From assembly GCA_963827685.1 (NCBI GenBank), contig CAWHBU010000003.1, forward strand, positions 608,001 to 672,000: a DNA stretch of 64,000 nt, given 5' to 3'. Position 1 is the stretch's first letter; each line of letters begins with the position of its first letter. Positions 1-12,112 of the stretch are shown in pieces. Below the pieces are notes generated by a model that saw only the letters and a program-made list of their open reading frames with translations, made no database searches and was not told the origin of the DNA. The stretch is from an uncultured delta proteobacterium (GTDB lineage Bacteria > Desulfobacterota > BSN033 > UBA1163). The translations under genes and the position numbers were made by a program.

Positions 1-894
1 CCTGATAAAGCTCTCGCTATTCTTAGGGAAAATTATATCGGAATAATCAACCTCAAGTCTCCCTAACACATTTAACTCTTTATCCTTGCTTGTCGTTATC
101 GTTACCATTCCTTCTTTCCCATTCTTACTTGCCTTAATTATTATATTCTCCTGCAAAACTTCATCCTTGTCGAAAATACCCTTCCTGGACTCAAAAATGT
201 GAATCCTCGTGATTCTTGCCTTCCGCAGAAACCATTTCCTGAAATTCTTATAGTAAAGACCCGAGCAAAAGCTCCGTGGCGTAATAAAAACCATCTCGCC
301 CTTATCGGCAAGCATGCTTGCAGCCATGGTCATAAAAAAAGCGTAAATATTAGGTTGCCCGCATATTAACTCTGCCATCATTCTTGAATAGGGAGATTCT
401 GTACCTACCTTGTAATAAGGAGGGTTCGAAATTACGAAATCGTAGAACTTTTCGCTCCTTTCAAATAGGCCGGGCCCGCTAAGATATGGCTTATTTGTGA
501 GTATGAAATCTTTGGTTAATACGTTAAACTCGAGCTTCAAGCCCTTTTCTTCCAAGTCCTTCTTGCACTCCTGTAAGACCTTTTTTAGGAGTGGAATTAT
601 TTCAGGGTCGTTCTCGTATGTGTCTATTACCAGAGAAACTGGCTTCTTTCTGCTCAGTAGCTTTTCACAAAACGCAGCTGACAGCACGCCTGTTCCAGCC
701 CCCGGGTCGAGCAGGGTTATCTTATCTCGGTTAATATCAAACAGCTCTGCCATAAAGATACTGACTTGCTTTGGGGTGAAAAACTGTCCCTCAGGTTTTA
801 TATCTGTTGGCCTTAAGACATTAGAGTACAAAGCGGAAAGTCTCTCCGCATACTCTACCAGCCCTTCGTTCTTTTGTCTTTCTGGAATCTTCAT
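1..894 (-). CDS. N6-adenine DNA methyltransferase (Eco57I/BsuBI-PstI-like R-M methylase), runs off the left edge
   Basis: Manual translation from ATG at 894: MKIPERQKNEG...GQFFTP...LLDPGAGTGVL (motif I)...DFVISNPPY (motif IV)...FITPRSFCSG. Absent from the ORF track because it has no stop in the window. Confidence 0.85.
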   Translation of the reverse strand, partial: MKIPERQKNEGLVEYAERLSALYSNVLRPTDIKPEGQFFTPKQVSIFMAELFDINRDKITLLDPGAGTGVLSAAFCEKLLSRKKPVSLVIDTYENDPEIIPLLKKVLQECKKDLEEKGLKLEFNVLTKDFILTNKPYLSGPGLFERSEKFYDFVISNPPYYKVGTESPYSRMMAELICGQPNIYAFFMTMAASMLADKGEMVFITPRSFCSGLYYKNFRKWFLRKARITRIHIFESRKGIFDKDEVLQENIIIKASKNGKEGMVTITTSKDKELNVLGRLEVDYSDIIFPKNSESFIR

Positions 895-1198
895 GGTTAT
901 TTCTTGATGGCTATTTTCTATTTAGAAAACCTTTTCTTCTAATTGAATTTTGGAATGAAATGGTCAACTTTGTCAACAAAATTCTGTCAAATATCCTTAA
1001 CCCCCTTATTCATATTTACCGCACACAGAAAATAATCAACAGGTTTATATTTCTTCAAATAAGTCAAGGGAAGTTGACTTAAAATTAACATGAGGTTTCT
1101 AAGTCAACCTTGCTTGTTGCACAGCACAGAGCCCTAAAGAATCCTGGAACACCTGTTTCTGTATGTCCAAGTTTCCTGATCACAAGCGCACCAGGTAC

Positions 1199-1243
1199 AC
1201 AAAAAAAGGCCCATTCTACGTACTACAAGAATGGGCCCTTTTC
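1199..1243 (-). terminator. Rho-independent terminator after rpoC
   Basis: Stem GGCCCATTCT (1208-1217)/AGAATGGGCC (1228-1237) followed by a T-run on the minus strand. Confidence 0.85.
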
Positions 1244-1270
1244 TCTTATAATTATTTTTTGGAGTAAAGA

Positions 1271-4200
1271 TTAAGCAGCGCTTTCGGCGGAACCCGCTTC
1301 TCCACCTTCCGTCCCTACCTCTTCTTCGGTATACCCCTCCACCCAGAGCTCCAATTGTTTGTACTTAGAAAGACCCGTCCCTGCAGGAATCAGGCGTCCC
1401 ATGATCACATTTTCCTTCAACCCTTTTAGATAGTCCATCTTTCCTGCTACGGCCGCCTGCGTGAGTACTTTGGTGGTCTCCTGGAAGGAGGCGGCAGAGA
1501 TAAAACTATCTGTAATGAGCGAAGCCTTCGTGATGCCCAGGAAAAGAGGTTCTCCCACAGCGGGCTTTCCTCCTTCCCTCATGACTCGGGCATTCTCTTC
1601 CTGAAAGACATATTTTTCCACTTGGTCGTCCACCAAAAAGTGTGTATCTCCAACCTCTTTGATCTTTACTCTTTTCAGCATCTGGCGAACGATGACCTCG
1701 ATATGTTTATCGTTAATCTTGACCCCCTGGAGTTTATAAACTTCTTGGATTTCATCGACCAAATACCGGGCCAGGGCCTTGTCCCCCAATACTCTCAAAA
1801 TATCATGGGGATTGGAAGGGCCATCCATTAAGGCCTCCCCTGCCTTCACAAAATCGCCTTCATGGACGCTGACGTGTTTTCCTCTGGGAATCATATATTC
1901 CTTGGATTCACCTACGTCGGGTCGAATGACTACCTTCCTTTTCCCTTTGAGGTCCTTTCCAAATTCAACCATGCCGTCAATATCGCTGATCAAGGCATAC
2001 TCTTTGGGCTTTCTGGCTTCAAAAAGTTCAGCCACTCGAGGAAGACCTCCTGTGATGTCCTTCGTCTTGGTCGTCTCTCGCGGGATCTTCACGATGACAT
2101 CCCCGGCTTCCACCATATCTCCCTCGGAGATAAAAATGTTCGCCCCGACCGGAAGGAGATACCGAGCTTGGGAGGTAGAAGCAGGAAGATTCATGGTCCT
2201 GCCTTTTTCATCTTTGATGGAAATCCTCGGCCGAAGCTCTGCATCTTTTGATTCGGTGATCACTTTTCTCGAAAGGCCGGTAAACTCATCCACCTGTTCC
2301 TGCATGGTCGCCCCCTCGATGACGTCCCCGAATTTCACCCTCCCTGAGACCTCCGTCAAAACGGGGATGGAGTAAGGATCCCACTCTGCCAGGATCTCTC
2401 CTTCCTTTACCTTTTGCCCATCCTTGACCCTCAGTTTGGCGCCATAGATCACGGAATACCGTCTTCGTTCTCTTCCGTTTTCATCCAAGATGGCAATCTC
2501 TCCATTGCGGTTCATGACGATCAGGTTCCCTTCGCGGTTTTTGACGGTCTTGAGATTGATAAATTTTACCCTCCCGTCAATCCGGCATTCCAGCGTAGTC
2601 TGTTCTGCTCGCCGGCTGGCTGTTCCACCGATGTGGAATGTCCTCATCGTCAACTGGGTTCCCGGCTCACCAATCGACTGGGCAGCGATAATGCCGATCG
2701 CCTCCCCCACACCGACCAGTCTCCCTCGGGCCAAATCCCTTCCGTAACAGAGGGCACAGACACCTTGTCTCGATTTGCAGGTAAGCACCGATCGAATCTT
2801 GACCTTATCAATGCCGATATCCTCAATACGATCGGCCAAGGTCTCGTCAATTTCTTCATTCCCTTTGGCGATCACCTCATTAGAAAAAGGATCTCGGATT
2901 TCTTCCAAGGCCACACGGCCCAGAATTCTTTCTTTCATCGATTCGATGATCTCCCCTCCCTCGACGAGCGATTCGACTTCGATCCCGTCCAGGGTCCCAC
3001 AGTCATTCTCCCTGATCACGACGTCCTGCGCGACATCCACTAATCGTCGGGTGAGATATCCCGCATTGGCTGTTTTCAATGCGGTATCAGCGAGCCCCTT
3101 TCGAGCCCCATGGGTAGAGATGAAGTACTGCAGAACCGTCAGCCCTTCCCGAAAGTTCGCGGTGATAGGAGTTTCGATGATCTCTCCGGAAGGTTTGGCC
3201 ATCAAACCCCGCATCCCGGCTAATTGCCGCACCTGTTGGGCGCTGCCTCGAGCTCCGGAGTCGGCCATGATGTAAATGGGGTTTAAACTCTCCGTCGTCT
3301 GTTTCTCTCCGGAAGGGGCCACCACCTCCTCGCTCCCCAGTTCCTTCAACATCACCCCCGCAATGTTTTCAGTGACCTGAGCCCAGATGTCGATGACTTT
3401 ATTGTATCGCTCTCCATCTGTAATCAATCCCTCCGTATATTGTTCTTGAACCCTCTCGATCTCCTGCTGGGCTTCTTGAAGGAGTTTTTCCTTGTTGGAA
3501 GGAATCAGCATGTCATCGAGGGAGATGGAAATCCCGGCCAAGGTCGCATAATAATAACCCAGACCCTTCAACCGATCGGAGAGAAGGACCGTTTTCTTAT
3601 CTCCCCCATACCGGTAGCAATAGTCGATGAGATTGGCGAGCTCGCTCTTCTTCATCACCTTGTTGATCAATCGAAACGGGATCTCCTCAGGGAGAATCTC
3701 CTTCAGGAGGACTCGGCCTACGGTTGTCTCGACGAGCTCCCCATCCAATCGGACTTTCATCCGGGCATGGAGGTCGACTTCATTCGCATCGTAAGCGATT
3801 CGGACCTCTTCTGGATTGGAGAACACTTTTCCTTCCCCTTTGACATAGGGGCGCTCCCTGGTCATGTAATAAATTCCAAGGACGATGTCTTGGGTGGGGA
3901 TAATGATGGGTTTCCCATTGGCAGGGGAAAGGATGTTATTGGTGGACATCATCAGAATCCTCGCCTCTGCTTGGGCCTCCACGGAGAGGGGAACATGGAC
4001 AGCCATCTGGTCCCCATCAAAATCTGCGTTAAAGGCAGCACAGACCAACGGATGAAGTTGGATGGCCTTGCCCTCAATCAAAACGGGTTCGAAGGCCTGA
4101 ATCCCTAAACGGTGAAGGGTGGGAGCCCGGTTGAGGAGCACAGGATGTTCCCGAATCACTTCATCCAGAACATCCCAGACCTCGGGCCTCTCTTTCTCCA

Positions 4201-5401
4201 ACATCTTCTTAGCGCTTTTGATCGTGGTCACCAAACCTTTCTCTTCCAAACGGTGGTAGATGAAAGGCTTGAACAGTTCGAGGGCCATCTTCTTGGGAAG
4301 TCCGCACTGATGCAGTTTCAGCTCGGGACCGACGACGATCACCGAACGGCCGGAATAGTCCACGCGCTTCCCCAAAAGGTTCTGACGGAAACGGCCCTGC
4401 TTCCCTCTGAGCATATCGCTCAATGATTTGAGAGGTTTCTTATTCGCCCCCAAGATCGTCCTCCCTCTCTTTCCGTTATCGAACAGGGCATCCACGGCTT
4501 CCTGAAGCATTCGCTTCTCGTTACGGATGATGATCTCCGGAGCGTTCAATTCGAGAAGCCGTTTGAGACGGTTGTTTCGATTGATGACCCTTCGGTAAAG
4601 GTCGTTGAGATCGGAGGTGGCAAACCGACCCCCATCCAAGGGGACAAGAGGGCGAAGATCAGGCGGGATGACGGGAACGACTTCCAAAATCATCCATTCC
4701 GGTTTGTTCCCTGATTCCAAGAAAGACTCAATAATTTTGAGTCGTTTGGCTAATCTCTTTTTTTTGGCCTCCGAGCTTGTCTCTTTCATTTCAGTCCGGA
4801 GCTTCTGCGAAAGTTCTTTCACATTGGTGTTTCTTAACAGCTCGCGAATCGCATCCGCCCCCTGGGACGCCGCAAATTCATCCCTGTATTTCTCCCTGGC
4901 CTCCCGATATCGATCTTCAGAAAGAATTTCACCCTTCTTCAGAGGCGTTTTCTTCCCATCGAGAACAAGGTAGGCTTCGAAGTAGAGAATCCGCTCTAAT
5001 TCTCTTAGTGTCATGTCCGAAAGGATCCCGATCTTACTGGGGATGCTTTTGAGGAACCAGATATGCGCCACAGGGGTGGCCAGCCGGATATGCCCCATCC
5101 TCTCTCTGCGCACCTTGGACTGGATGACTTCCACCCCGCACTTCTCACAGACAATGCCTCGATGTTTCATCCGTTTGTATTTACCGCAATTGCATTCATA
5201 ATCTTTGGTGGGACCAAAGATTTTGGCACAGAAGAGCCCATCTTTTTCCGGCTTGAAAGTCCGATAGTTAATGGTCTCCGGCTTCTTCACCTCTCCATGG
5301 GACCACGATTCAATCTTTTCTGGAGAGGCGATGGAGATCCGGATGGCATTATAACTAATCGGGCTTTTCGCCTTTTCAAAGAATGATAGATAATCTTCCA
5401 A
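1271..5401 (-). CDS. rpoC: RNA polymerase beta' subunit
   Basis: NADFDGD catalytic motif and N-terminal Zn finger. Start reassigned to TTG at 5401 (AGGAGG 7 nt upstream); the ORF-track extension to 5458 is translated repeat DNA. Confidence 0.98.
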   Translation of the reverse strand: MEDYLSFFEKAKSPISYNAIRISIASPEKIESWSHGEVKKPETINYRTFKPEKDGLFCAKIFGPTKDYECNCGKYKRMKHRGIVCEKCGVEVIQSKVRRERMGHIRLATPVAHIWFLKSIPSKIGILSDMTLRELERILYFEAYLVLDGKKTPLKKGEILSEDRYREAREKYRDEFAASQGADAIRELLRNTNVKELSQKLRTEMKETSSEAKKKRLAKRLKIIESFLESGNKPEWMILEVVPVIPPDLRPLVPLDGGRFATSDLNDLYRRVINRNNRLKRLLELNAPEIIIRNEKRMLQEAVDALFDNGKRGRTILGANKKPLKSLSDMLRGKQGRFRQNLLGKRVDYSGRSVIVVGPELKLHQCGLPKKMALELFKPFIYHRLEEKGLVTTIKSAKKMLEKERPEVWDVLDEVIREHPVLLNRAPTLHRLGIQAFEPVLIEGKAIQLHPLVCAAFNADFDGDQMAVHVPLSVEAQAEARILMMSTNNILSPANGKPIIIPTQDIVLGIYYMTRERPYVKGEGKVFSNPEEVRIAYDANEVDLHARMKVRLDGELVETTVGRVLLKEILPEEIPFRLINKVMKKSELANLIDYCYRYGGDKKTVLLSDRLKGLGYYYATLAGISISLDDMLIPSNKEKLLQEAQQEIERVQEQYTEGLITDGERYNKVIDIWAQVTENIAGVMLKELGSEEVVAPSGEKQTTESLNPIYIMADSGARGSAQQVRQLAGMRGLMAKPSGEIIETPITANFREGLTVLQYFISTHGARKGLADTALKTANAGYLTRRLVDVAQDVVIRENDCGTLDGIEVESLVEGGEIIESMKERILGRVALEEIRDPFSNEVIAKGNEEIDETLADRIEDIGIDKVKIRSVLTCKSRQGVCALCYGRDLARGRLVGVGEAIGIIAAQSIGEPGTQLTMRTFHIGGTASRRAEQTTLECRIDGRVKFINLKTVKNREGNLIVMNRNGEIAILDENGRERRRYSVIYGAKLRVKDGQKVKEGEILAEWDPYSIPVLTEVSGRVKFGDVIEGATMQEQVDEFTGLSRKVITESKDAELRPRISIKDEKGRTMNLPASTSQARYLLPVGANIFISEGDMVEAGDVIVKIPRETTKTKDITGGLPRVAELFEARKPKEYALISDIDGMVEFGKDLKGKRKVVIRPDVGESKEYMIPRGKHVSVHEGDFVKAGEALMDGPSNPHDILRVLGDKALARYLVDEIQEVYKLQGVKINDKHIEVIVRQMLKRVKIKEVGDTHFLVDDQVEKYVFQEENARVMREGGKPAVGEPLFLGITKASLITDSFISAASFQETTKVLTQAAVAGKMDYLKGLKENVIMGRLIPAGTGLSKYKQLELWVEGYTEEEVGTEGGEAGSAESAA

Positions 5402-5420
5402 TGTCTTCCTCCTTTTTTGA

Positions 5421-5525
5421 GACGATGAACGACGAACGATAAACGATGAACTGTTCATAGTTCATTGTCATTGCTCATGGTTCATTGTTCATCGTTCATA
5501 GTCCATAGTTCATCGTTCATGGTTC
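5421..5525. repeat. Inverted heptamer array (CGATGAA / TTCATNG) between rpoB and rpoC
   Basis: gacgatgaacgacgaacgataaacgatgaac followed by about 10 TTCATNG-like units. Confidence 0.85.
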
Positions 5526-5527
5526 CG

Positions 5528-8500
5528 TTAGATCTCTTCCCTCTTCTCTTCAATCAGTTCTGTATCGAGACAAAGGCTCTGTAACTCTTTGACCAAAACA
5601 TTAAACGATTCTGGCAATCCGGGCTCCAACGTGTGTTCCCCTTTGACGATCGCCTCATAGACCCGAGTCCTTCCCGCGACATCGTCCGACTTTACGGTCA
5701 AGAATTCCTGCAAGGAGTGGGCTGCCCCATAGGCCTCCAGAGCCCACACCTCCATCTCCCCTAACCGTTGTCCTCCGAACTGAGCTTTGCCGCCCAACGG
5801 TTGCTGTGTCACCAAAGAATAAGGACCGATGGACCGGGCATGAATCTTATCGTCTACCAGGTGGTGCAATTTGAGGAGGTACATATAGCCTACGGTCACC
5901 TTCTGGTGAAAAGGTTCTCCGGTTCTTCCGTCATAAAGGATCGTTTGCCCAGTCGTCGGAAGCCCGGCTTTCTTCAATAGGTCTTTAATCTCTTCTTCTG
6001 AAACGCCATCGAACACAGGAACCGAAACAAAAATCCCCTCGCCCAGTTTACGAGCCAACTCGATAATCTCTTCGTCGGTCGCTTGCTCCAGATATTCATT
6101 CATCTCTTTTGAGGAATAGATTTCTTTAATCTTTCTTCGAAGCAATTTGGGGTCGAAATGTTTCTGCAAAAACTCCTCAATCTTCCATCCGAGACCCTTG
6201 GCAGCCCATCCCAGGTGGGTCTCAAGAATTTGGCCCACATTCATTCGTGAGGGGACGCCTAATGGGTTGAGGATGATTTCGACCGGGGTCCCGTCTTCTA
6301 AATGAGGCATATCCTCCTCAGGGAGAATTCGGGAGATGATCCCTTTGTTCCCATGACGTCCGGACATTTTATCCCCAACAGAGAGTTTCCGCTTTATGGC
6401 AATGTGGACCTTGACGGTCTTGATGACGCCCGGAGCCAGCTCGTCTCCCCTCTTCAGTTTAGCCAATTTATCTCCAAAAACTCCCTTGACCACATTGATC
6501 TGGAGCTCTGCATGATCGAGAAAACGGTGAACGTCAGGAAGAACTCTCTTCCCCTCCGTCACATCAATCTCCTTGAGTCGATCCAAGGGAATGGCATAGA
6601 GATGCTCTTCTTTGATCCGTTCTTTGGCATCCAAATAGACCCGGTTTTTCTTCTCATCCGCAATTTTATGGGCGGCTTTTTTACCGATCAGATATTTTCC
6701 GATCTTTCTCCGCGTACTATTCTGGATGATTCGGATCTCATCGGCTTGATTTTTTAACAACCTTACTTTCTCTTGGTCCTCAATCGCCTTCGTCCGCTCG
6801 TCCCTTTCCTGCCCTTTCCGGGAGAAGACCTTGGCATCGATCACGATCCCTTCAATCCCGTGAGGGACTTTCAATGAGGTATCTCGAACATCTCCCGCTT
6901 TTTCACCAAAGATGGCTCGAAGGAGTTTCTCTTCCGGAGAGAGTTGGGTTTCCCCCTTGGGGGTCACTTTTCCGACCAGAATGTCACCGGACTTCACCTC
7001 GGCTCCGATCCGGATAATCCCGCTCTCATCAAGATCCTTCAAGGCTTCTTCCCCTGCATTGGGAATATCACAGCTAATCTCCTCTTTTCCCAATTTCGTG
7101 TCCCGAGCCACACACTCCAATTCTTCGATATGAATCGAGGTATAGGTATCTTCTTTCAGCAACTTTTCGCTAATGAGAATGGAATCCTCAAAGTTATATC
7201 CTCCCCAAGGCATAAAGCCGACCAGGACATTCCTTCCCAATGCCAGCTCTCCCATATGGGTCGCTGGCCCATCCGCAATCACTTCACCCTTTTTGACCCG
7301 TTCCCCGATACGGACGATCGGTCTTTGATTAATGCAGGTATTCTGGTTGGATCGCTTGTACTTGATCAACGTATAAATGTCAACGCCAGGATCGTCCTCC
7401 TTCTGCCCATCTTCATCGGCACGGATGACGATACGCGAAGCATCCACGTCTTCTACAACACCGTCCCTTTTGGCAACCACCGTCACTCCAGAATCTCTCG
7501 CCACAATGGCTTCCATTCCCGTTCCAATCAACGGGGCATCCGTCCTGAGGAGAGGAACGGCTTGTCGTTGCATATTCGATCCCATCAGGGCTCGGTTGGC
7601 ATCATCGTTTTCCAAAAAGGGAACCAGGGAGGTGGCCACGCTTACCAACTGTTTTGGAGAAACATCCATGTACCGAATTTCCTCGGGTTTCACCATCATA
7701 AATTCGCCCCCTCTTCGGGCAGAGATGAGCGGGGCGATAAATCTCCCTTCTCTATCCAGAGTGGCATTGGCTTGGGCGATGGCGGGCTTCTGTCCGTCGA
7801 TTTCTTCCTCTTCATCCAGAGCAAAAAGATATCGGATATGATTCGTGACCTTCCCATTGATCACTTCCCGATAAGGGGTCTCAATAAATCCATAGTCATT
7901 GACGCGGGCATAGGTGCTGAGAGAGGTGATCAAGCCAATGTTCGGACCCTCTGGGGTCTCGATGGGACAGATTCGGCCATAATGAGTGGGGTGGACGTCC
8001 CTCACCTCAAACCCTGCCCTCTCTCGGGTGAGCCCTCCAGGGCCCAGGGCGGAGAGCCGACGCTTGTGAGTAATCTCGGAGAGAGGATTCGTCTGATCCA
8101 TAAACTGGGAAAGCTGACTCGAGCCAAAAAACTCTTTGATCACAGCCGAGAGGGGTTTTGAGTTGATGAGATCATGGGGCATTAAGGTTTCCACATCTTG
8201 GAGGCTCATTCGCTCCTTGATCGCCCTTTCAATCCTCACCAGCCCAATGTGATATTGATTTTCCAAGAGCTCCCCAACAGTCCTCACCCGTCGGTTTCCC
8301 AAGTGGTCAATATCGTCAACAGCACCCTGACCATCCTTCAGTTTGATTAAGTACTTGACGACCTCGAGAATATCCCTCCTTCTCAGGGTGGTCTTCTCAT
8401 CTTCCAGAATCTTTCGAACCTTGCCTTGAACATCATCCGTGATGCTTCCGTCCTTCAAGGTAGGCATGAGCCCGATGGGATAAAGGATCTTGGCAATGCG

Positions 8501-9994
8501 TTGAATCTCTTCGGCCATCTCCGGCGTAGCAATCGCTTCGTCAAAATCAAGCCATCCCTCCGAGATGCGATCGACCAGCTCTCTCCCTCCTGCATAGGCC
8601 GCTCCAGCCGCTAACGCCTCTTTCTTCCATCTTTCGGTCAACACCAACACTCTGGGAGGGTTTCCCTTCAGACCGATTTTATGGTTCAACTTCATCCTTC
8701 CCACTTTGGAGAGGTCGTAGCGTTCCGCGTTGAAGAAAAGATTGTAGAAGAGGCCGATGGCTGTCTCAATGGTAGGAGGATCTCCAGGACGGAGCCTTTT
8801 GTAAATGTCAATCAAGGCCCTTTCGGATTCCTTTTCACGAAGGGACTTGCCAGACTCGAGAACGGGCAATTTCTCTCTTTCTTCTTGGGTCAACCCAATC
8901 TTATCCACCACCAAGGTATCCCGCAATGAGGAGCTGACATTAATGTTATCGATGAACAGGATTTCGAAGACCTCGATCTTCCTCTCTTTCATCTCGTTCA
9001 GAAGCTTCTCCGTAACCTCATCGTTACATTCGGCAATGACTTCTCCTGTTTCGGGGTCGACCACATCCTTCGCCAGGTATCGACCGATCAGATCCTGAAC
9101 CTCCACCGAAATGGTATTGATCTTGGCCAATTCCAATTTTTTAAAAGCGTCTTCTGTAATGCGACGATGTTTCTTGAGGATGATCTTATGGGTTTCCGGA
9201 TCTAAGATATCGGAGGTCGCCTTCTGTCCCACCAACACGTCTTTCGAAATCTCTTTTTGGAATCTCCCTCTCCGGATGAGAACCTTTTCCCTATGATAGA
9301 AATAGTCCAGAAGTTCTTCTCCAGTGTATTTGAGAGCCCGAAGGAGGACGGTGACAGGAATCTTTCGACGTCGGTCGATCCGAACATGGAGAAGATCTTT
9401 CTGATCAAATTCGAAGTCAATCCAAGATCCCCGGTAGGGAATGATGCGTCCATAATAGAAAACCTTCCCACCGCTATGGGGTTTGATTTGATCCTGATCA
9501 AAAAAGACTCCCGGGGAGCGATGAAGTTGGCTGACGATCACCCGTTCGGTCCCGTTTACAATAAACGTTCCGTTTTCGGTCATGAGAGGGATTTCACCAA
9601 AATAGACTTCTTGCTCTTTGACGGCTTTGATGCTCTTGGCCTTGGTCTCTTCATTCACATCCCAAACCACTAAGCGAACCGTCACCTTAATGGGTGCCGC
9701 ATAGGTCATCCCCCTTAACAAGCATTCTTCTACATCATATTTCGGCTCGGTGAGACGGTAGTTCACGAAATCGAGAGAAGCGGTTTCATAAAAATCTTTG
9801 ATCGGGAAGACGGTTCTAAAGACCGCTTGCAGGCCGACGGGCTCCCGTTTGTCCGGATCCACATTGGCCTGTAGAAACTGTTCGTAGGATCTTTTCTGAA
9901 CCTCGATCAGATTGGAGATCTCTAACACTTCTTTAATTTTTGAAAAGTTCTTCCGATACCTTCGATAGATAGGGACAACGCTCGGCATAATCAC
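5528..9994 (-). CDS. rpoB: RNA polymerase beta subunit carrying an L1-domain-II-like insertion
   Basis: Motifs [42 protein letters not shown]; 1488 aa. Confidence 0.98.
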   Translation of the reverse strand: MIMPSVVPIYRRYRKNFSKIKEVLEISNLIEVQKRSYEQFLQANVDPDKREPVGLQAVFRTVFPIKDFYETASLDFVNYRLTEPKYDVEECLLRGMTYAAPIKVTVRLVVWDVNEETKAKSIKAVKEQEVYFGEIPLMTENGTFIVNGTERVIVSQLHRSPGVFFDQDQIKPHSGGKVFYYGRIIPYRGSWIDFEFDQKDLLHVRIDRRRKIPVTVLLRALKYTGEELLDYFYHREKVLIRRGRFQKEISKDVLVGQKATSDILDPETHKIILKKHRRITEDAFKKLELAKINTISVEVQDLIGRYLAKDVVDPETGEVIAECNDEVTEKLLNEMKERKIEVFEILFIDNINVSSSLRDTLVVDKIGLTQEEREKLPVLESGKSLREKESERALIDIYKRLRPGDPPTIETAIGLFYNLFFNAERYDLSKVGRMKLNHKIGLKGNPPRVLVLTERWKKEALAAGAAYAGGRELVDRISEGWLDFDEAIATPEMAEEIQRIAKILYPIGLMPTLKDGSITDDVQGKVRKILEDEKTTLRRRDILEVVKYLIKLKDGQGAVDDIDHLGNRRVRTVGELLENQYHIGLVRIERAIKERMSLQDVETLMPHDLINSKPLSAVIKEFFGSSQLSQFMDQTNPLSEITHKRRLSALGPGGLTRERAGFEVRDVHPTHYGRICPIETPEGPNIGLITSLSTYARVNDYGFIETPYREVINGKVTNHIRYLFALDEEEEIDGQKPAIAQANATLDREGRFIAPLISARRGGEFMMVKPEEIRYMDVSPKQLVSVATSLVPFLENDDANRALMGSNMQRQAVPLLRTDAPLIGTGMEAIVARDSGVTVVAKRDGVVEDVDASRIVIRADEDGQKEDDPGVDIYTLIKYKRSNQNTCINQRPIVRIGERVKKGEVIADGPATHMGELALGRNVLVGFMPWGGYNFEDSILISEKLLKEDTYTSIHIEELECVARDTKLGKEEISCDIPNAGEEALKDLDESGIIRIGAEVKSGDILVGKVTPKGETQLSPEEKLLRAIFGEKAGDVRDTSLKVPHGIEGIVIDAKVFSRKGQERDERTKAIEDQEKVRLLKNQADEIRIIQNSTRRKIGKYLIGKKAAHKIADEKKNRVYLDAKERIKEEHLYAIPLDRLKEIDVTEGKRVLPDVHRFLDHAELQINVVKGVFGDKLAKLKRGDELAPGVIKTVKVHIAIKRKLSVGDKMSGRHGNKGIISRILPEEDMPHLEDGTPVEIILNPLGVPSRMNVGQILETHLGWAAKGLGWKIEEFLQKHFDPKLLRRKIKEIYSSKEMNEYLEQATDEEIIELARKLGEGIFVSVPVFDGVSEEEIKDLLKKAGLPTTGQTILYDGRTGEPFHQKVTVGYMYLLKLHHLVDDKIHARSIGPYSLVTQQPLGGKAQFGGQRLGEMEVWALEAYGAAHSLQEFLTVKSDDVAGRTRVYEAIVKGEHTLEPGLPESFNVLVKELQSLCLDTELIEEKREEI

Positions 9995-10185
9995 TCCTCT
10001 CCCTTAAGAGAGCTCTCAAAAACTACTGCACGCTCTCTTTGGAGATTTCTGAGCTTTTTCGGAAATCTCCCTTAAATAGAAAGTCTCCTCCCGCTCGGAC
10101 TGTCACCTAACATTCTCTTTGTCCTTCTGGGAAGAGACCACAATATTCCTTGCCCGGCGTAGCCGGAACCAAACAGGGTTTGCGA

Positions 10186-10265
10186 TCACAAATTCCAAAT
10201 GACCGAAACAATCTTGCTTGGAATTCGATTTTTGTTCATTGGAGCTTATTTGTAATTTGGTGCTT
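10186..10265. repeat. Degenerate inverted heptamer array (AAATTCC/AATGACC vs TTGGAAT/TTGGTNC)
   Basis: Same repeat class as 40163-40330. Confidence 0.5.
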
Positions 10266-10344
10266 CGCTTAACAAGAGAAATCTATTATTGCCAATTTGG
10301 TAACAATCTAATTTCTAAGCGCCAGAATACCTCTGAATGTTTCC

Positions 10345-10734
10345 TCACTTAACTTCGACCGTCCCCCCGCCTTCTTCAAGCTTTTTCTTCATCGTTGCGG
10401 CTTCGTCCTTCGAAACCCCTTCTTTAACTGGCTTGGGGACACCTTCAACAAGGTCTTTGGCTTCCTTCAAACCCAACCCGGTCAGTTCCCTGACCACTTT
10501 GATCACCTGGATCTTCTTATCACCAAAACCCGTCAGGATCACATCAAATTCTGTCTTCTCTTCAGACGGGGCGGCTTCCGCCCCGGCGACTGCCCCAGCA
10601 ACTGGCATGGCCGCCATTGTCATCGGCACAGAGGCCTTGATTCCCAATTTTTCTTCCAAGACCTTCACCAAGTCACGCGCTTCCAACAAGGTTAACCCAC
10701 CGATCTCTTCAGCAATTTTTTGGATGTCTGCCAT
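10345..10734 (-). CDS. rplL: 50S ribosomal protein L7/L12
   Basis: [10 protein letters not shown]...[24 protein letters not shown]. Confidence 0.98.
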   Translation of the reverse strand: MADIQKIAEEIGGLTLLEARDLVKVLEEKLGIKASVPMTMAAMPVAGAVAGAEAAPSEEKTEFDVILTGFGDKKIQVIKVVRELTGLGLKEAKDLVEGVPKPVKEGVSKDEAATMKKKLEEGGGTVEVK

Positions 10735-10821
10735 TTTGAAAATCCTCCTATCTTATTAATTAGAAAGTGGAATGTGGAAAGCGGCCCAAAAGCCTATCCT
10801 CTCTCCTCCACTTTTTTAACG

Positions 10822-11358
10822 TTATGTTTCAGATCCTGTTTGTTTCTCCAGTTGATCGACACGGGCCTGAAGGATTCCAAGCGTCCGCTGAATCGCATTG
10901 TACAGAACTGCTCCAAGTTGACTGGCTGTCCCCTGAATCCCTCCCAGGACTTGCCCAAAAAGCACTTCACGAGAAGGCATCGTTGCCAGGGCCTTAACCT
11001 CTTCAGGAGACGCCACCTTTCCTTGAATCAACCCGACCTTAATTTCAAGGTTGGGTTGTATTTTGACGAATTCCAATAAGATCTTTGCCAAAAGGACGGG
11101 ATCTCCATAAGAAATCGCCATCGCTGTGGGTCCTTCAAAATAGTTATCCAGTTTCTCCAAGTCCGTCCCTTTAGATGCCAGTTTCATCAGCGTATTTTTG
11201 ACCACGTGATAGGAAATCTTCTCTTCCCTTAACCGTTGCCTCAAACGACTCATCTGCTCAACATTGAGCCCCCGGTGATTGGTCAGGACAACAGCCCGAA
11301 ACCCCTTTACCCGTTCACCAAGATCTGATACGACCTGTGCTTTCTCTTTCCGATTCAA
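10822..11358 (-). CDS. rplJ: 50S ribosomal protein L10
   Basis: VVKNTLMKLA, FEGPTAMA; conserved operon position. Confidence 0.97.
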   Translation of the reverse strand: MNRKEKAQVVSDLGERVKGFRAVVLTNHRGLNVEQMSRLRQRLREEKISYHVVKNTLMKLASKGTDLEKLDNYFEGPTAMAISYGDPVLLAKILLEFVKIQPNLEIKVGLIQGKVASPEEVKALATMPSREVLFGQVLGGIQGTASQLGAVLYNAIQRTLGILQARVDQLEKQTGSET

Positions 11359-11395
11359 CGAACGCTACCTCCTCCGATGAAGTCCGTCGCCTTTC

Positions 11396-12103
11396 TTAGG
11401 ACTTCAAAACATTTCTCACATCAAGTGGGTCAATTTTAATTCCAGGCCCCATGGTTGTGGATAAGGCAATGCTACGTAAATAGATCCCTTTGCTGGTCGG
11501 TGGTTTTGCCCGCATGATCACTTCCAGAAGCGTTTTGATGTTTTCTGACAATTGACCAAATCCAAAAGAGACCTTTCCTACAGGGACATGGATCACCCCG
11601 GCTTTCTCGACTTTAAACTCCACCTTGCCTGCTTTGATCTCTTTGACGGCCCTTTCCAGATCGAAGGTAACGGTTCCCACTTTGGGGTTGGGCATCAAAC
11701 CACGAGGCCCTAAAATCTTCCCCAATTTGCTGACCAAACCCATCACGTCCGGCGTAGCAACCGCTTTGTCAAACTCCAACCACCCTTTTGAAACTTTCTC
11801 AATGAGGTCTTCTCCTCCCACGAAATCGGCACCCGCATCCAATGCCTCTTTCTCTTTCTGACCTTTTGCAAAGACCAATACCCGGACCTTCTTGCCCGTT
11901 CCATGGGGGAGGACAACGGTTCCTCGAACCATTTGGTCTGCTTTCTTAGGATCGACCCCAAGGCGAATAGCGAGGTCCACTCCTTCATCAAATTTAGCGT
12001 ACGCCGTCTCCAAAAGAAGTTTAACGCCTTCCTCCAGTTCGTACCGTTTGTTTCGATCAACCTTGCCTCTTGCCTCTAAATATTTTTTCCCTCTCGTTGC
12101 CAT
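11396..12103 (-). CDS. rplA: 50S ribosomal protein L1
   Basis: [26 protein letters not shown]. Confidence 0.98.
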   Translation of the reverse strand: MATRGKKYLEARGKVDRNKRYELEEGVKLLLETAYAKFDEGVDLAIRLGVDPKKADQMVRGTVVLPHGTGKKVRVLVFAKGQKEKEALDAGADFVGGEDLIEKVSKGWLEFDKAVATPDVMGLVSKLGKILGPRGLMPNPKVGTVTFDLERAVKEIKAGKVEFKVEKAGVIHVPVGKVSFGFGQLSENIKTLLEVIMRAKPPTSKGIYLRSIALSTTMGPGIKIDPLDVRNVLKS

Positions 12104-12112
12104 AATCTTCTC

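Noticed and set aside
5402-5458. N-terminal extension of RpoC in the ORF track ([12 protein letters not shown]...)
   Set aside because: It is translated heptamer repeat; AGGAGG plus TTG at 5401 gives the normal start.
8393-8668. RpoB insert as an intein or a misassembled copy of rplA
   Set aside because: No intein splice residues (C/S start, HN end), and it is far too diverged from rplA to be a collapsed duplicate.
1622-9673. Many plus-strand ORFs antisense to rpoB/rpoC (e.g. 6944-8161)
   Set aside because: Shadow ORFs of long coding genes with no recognisable motifs.
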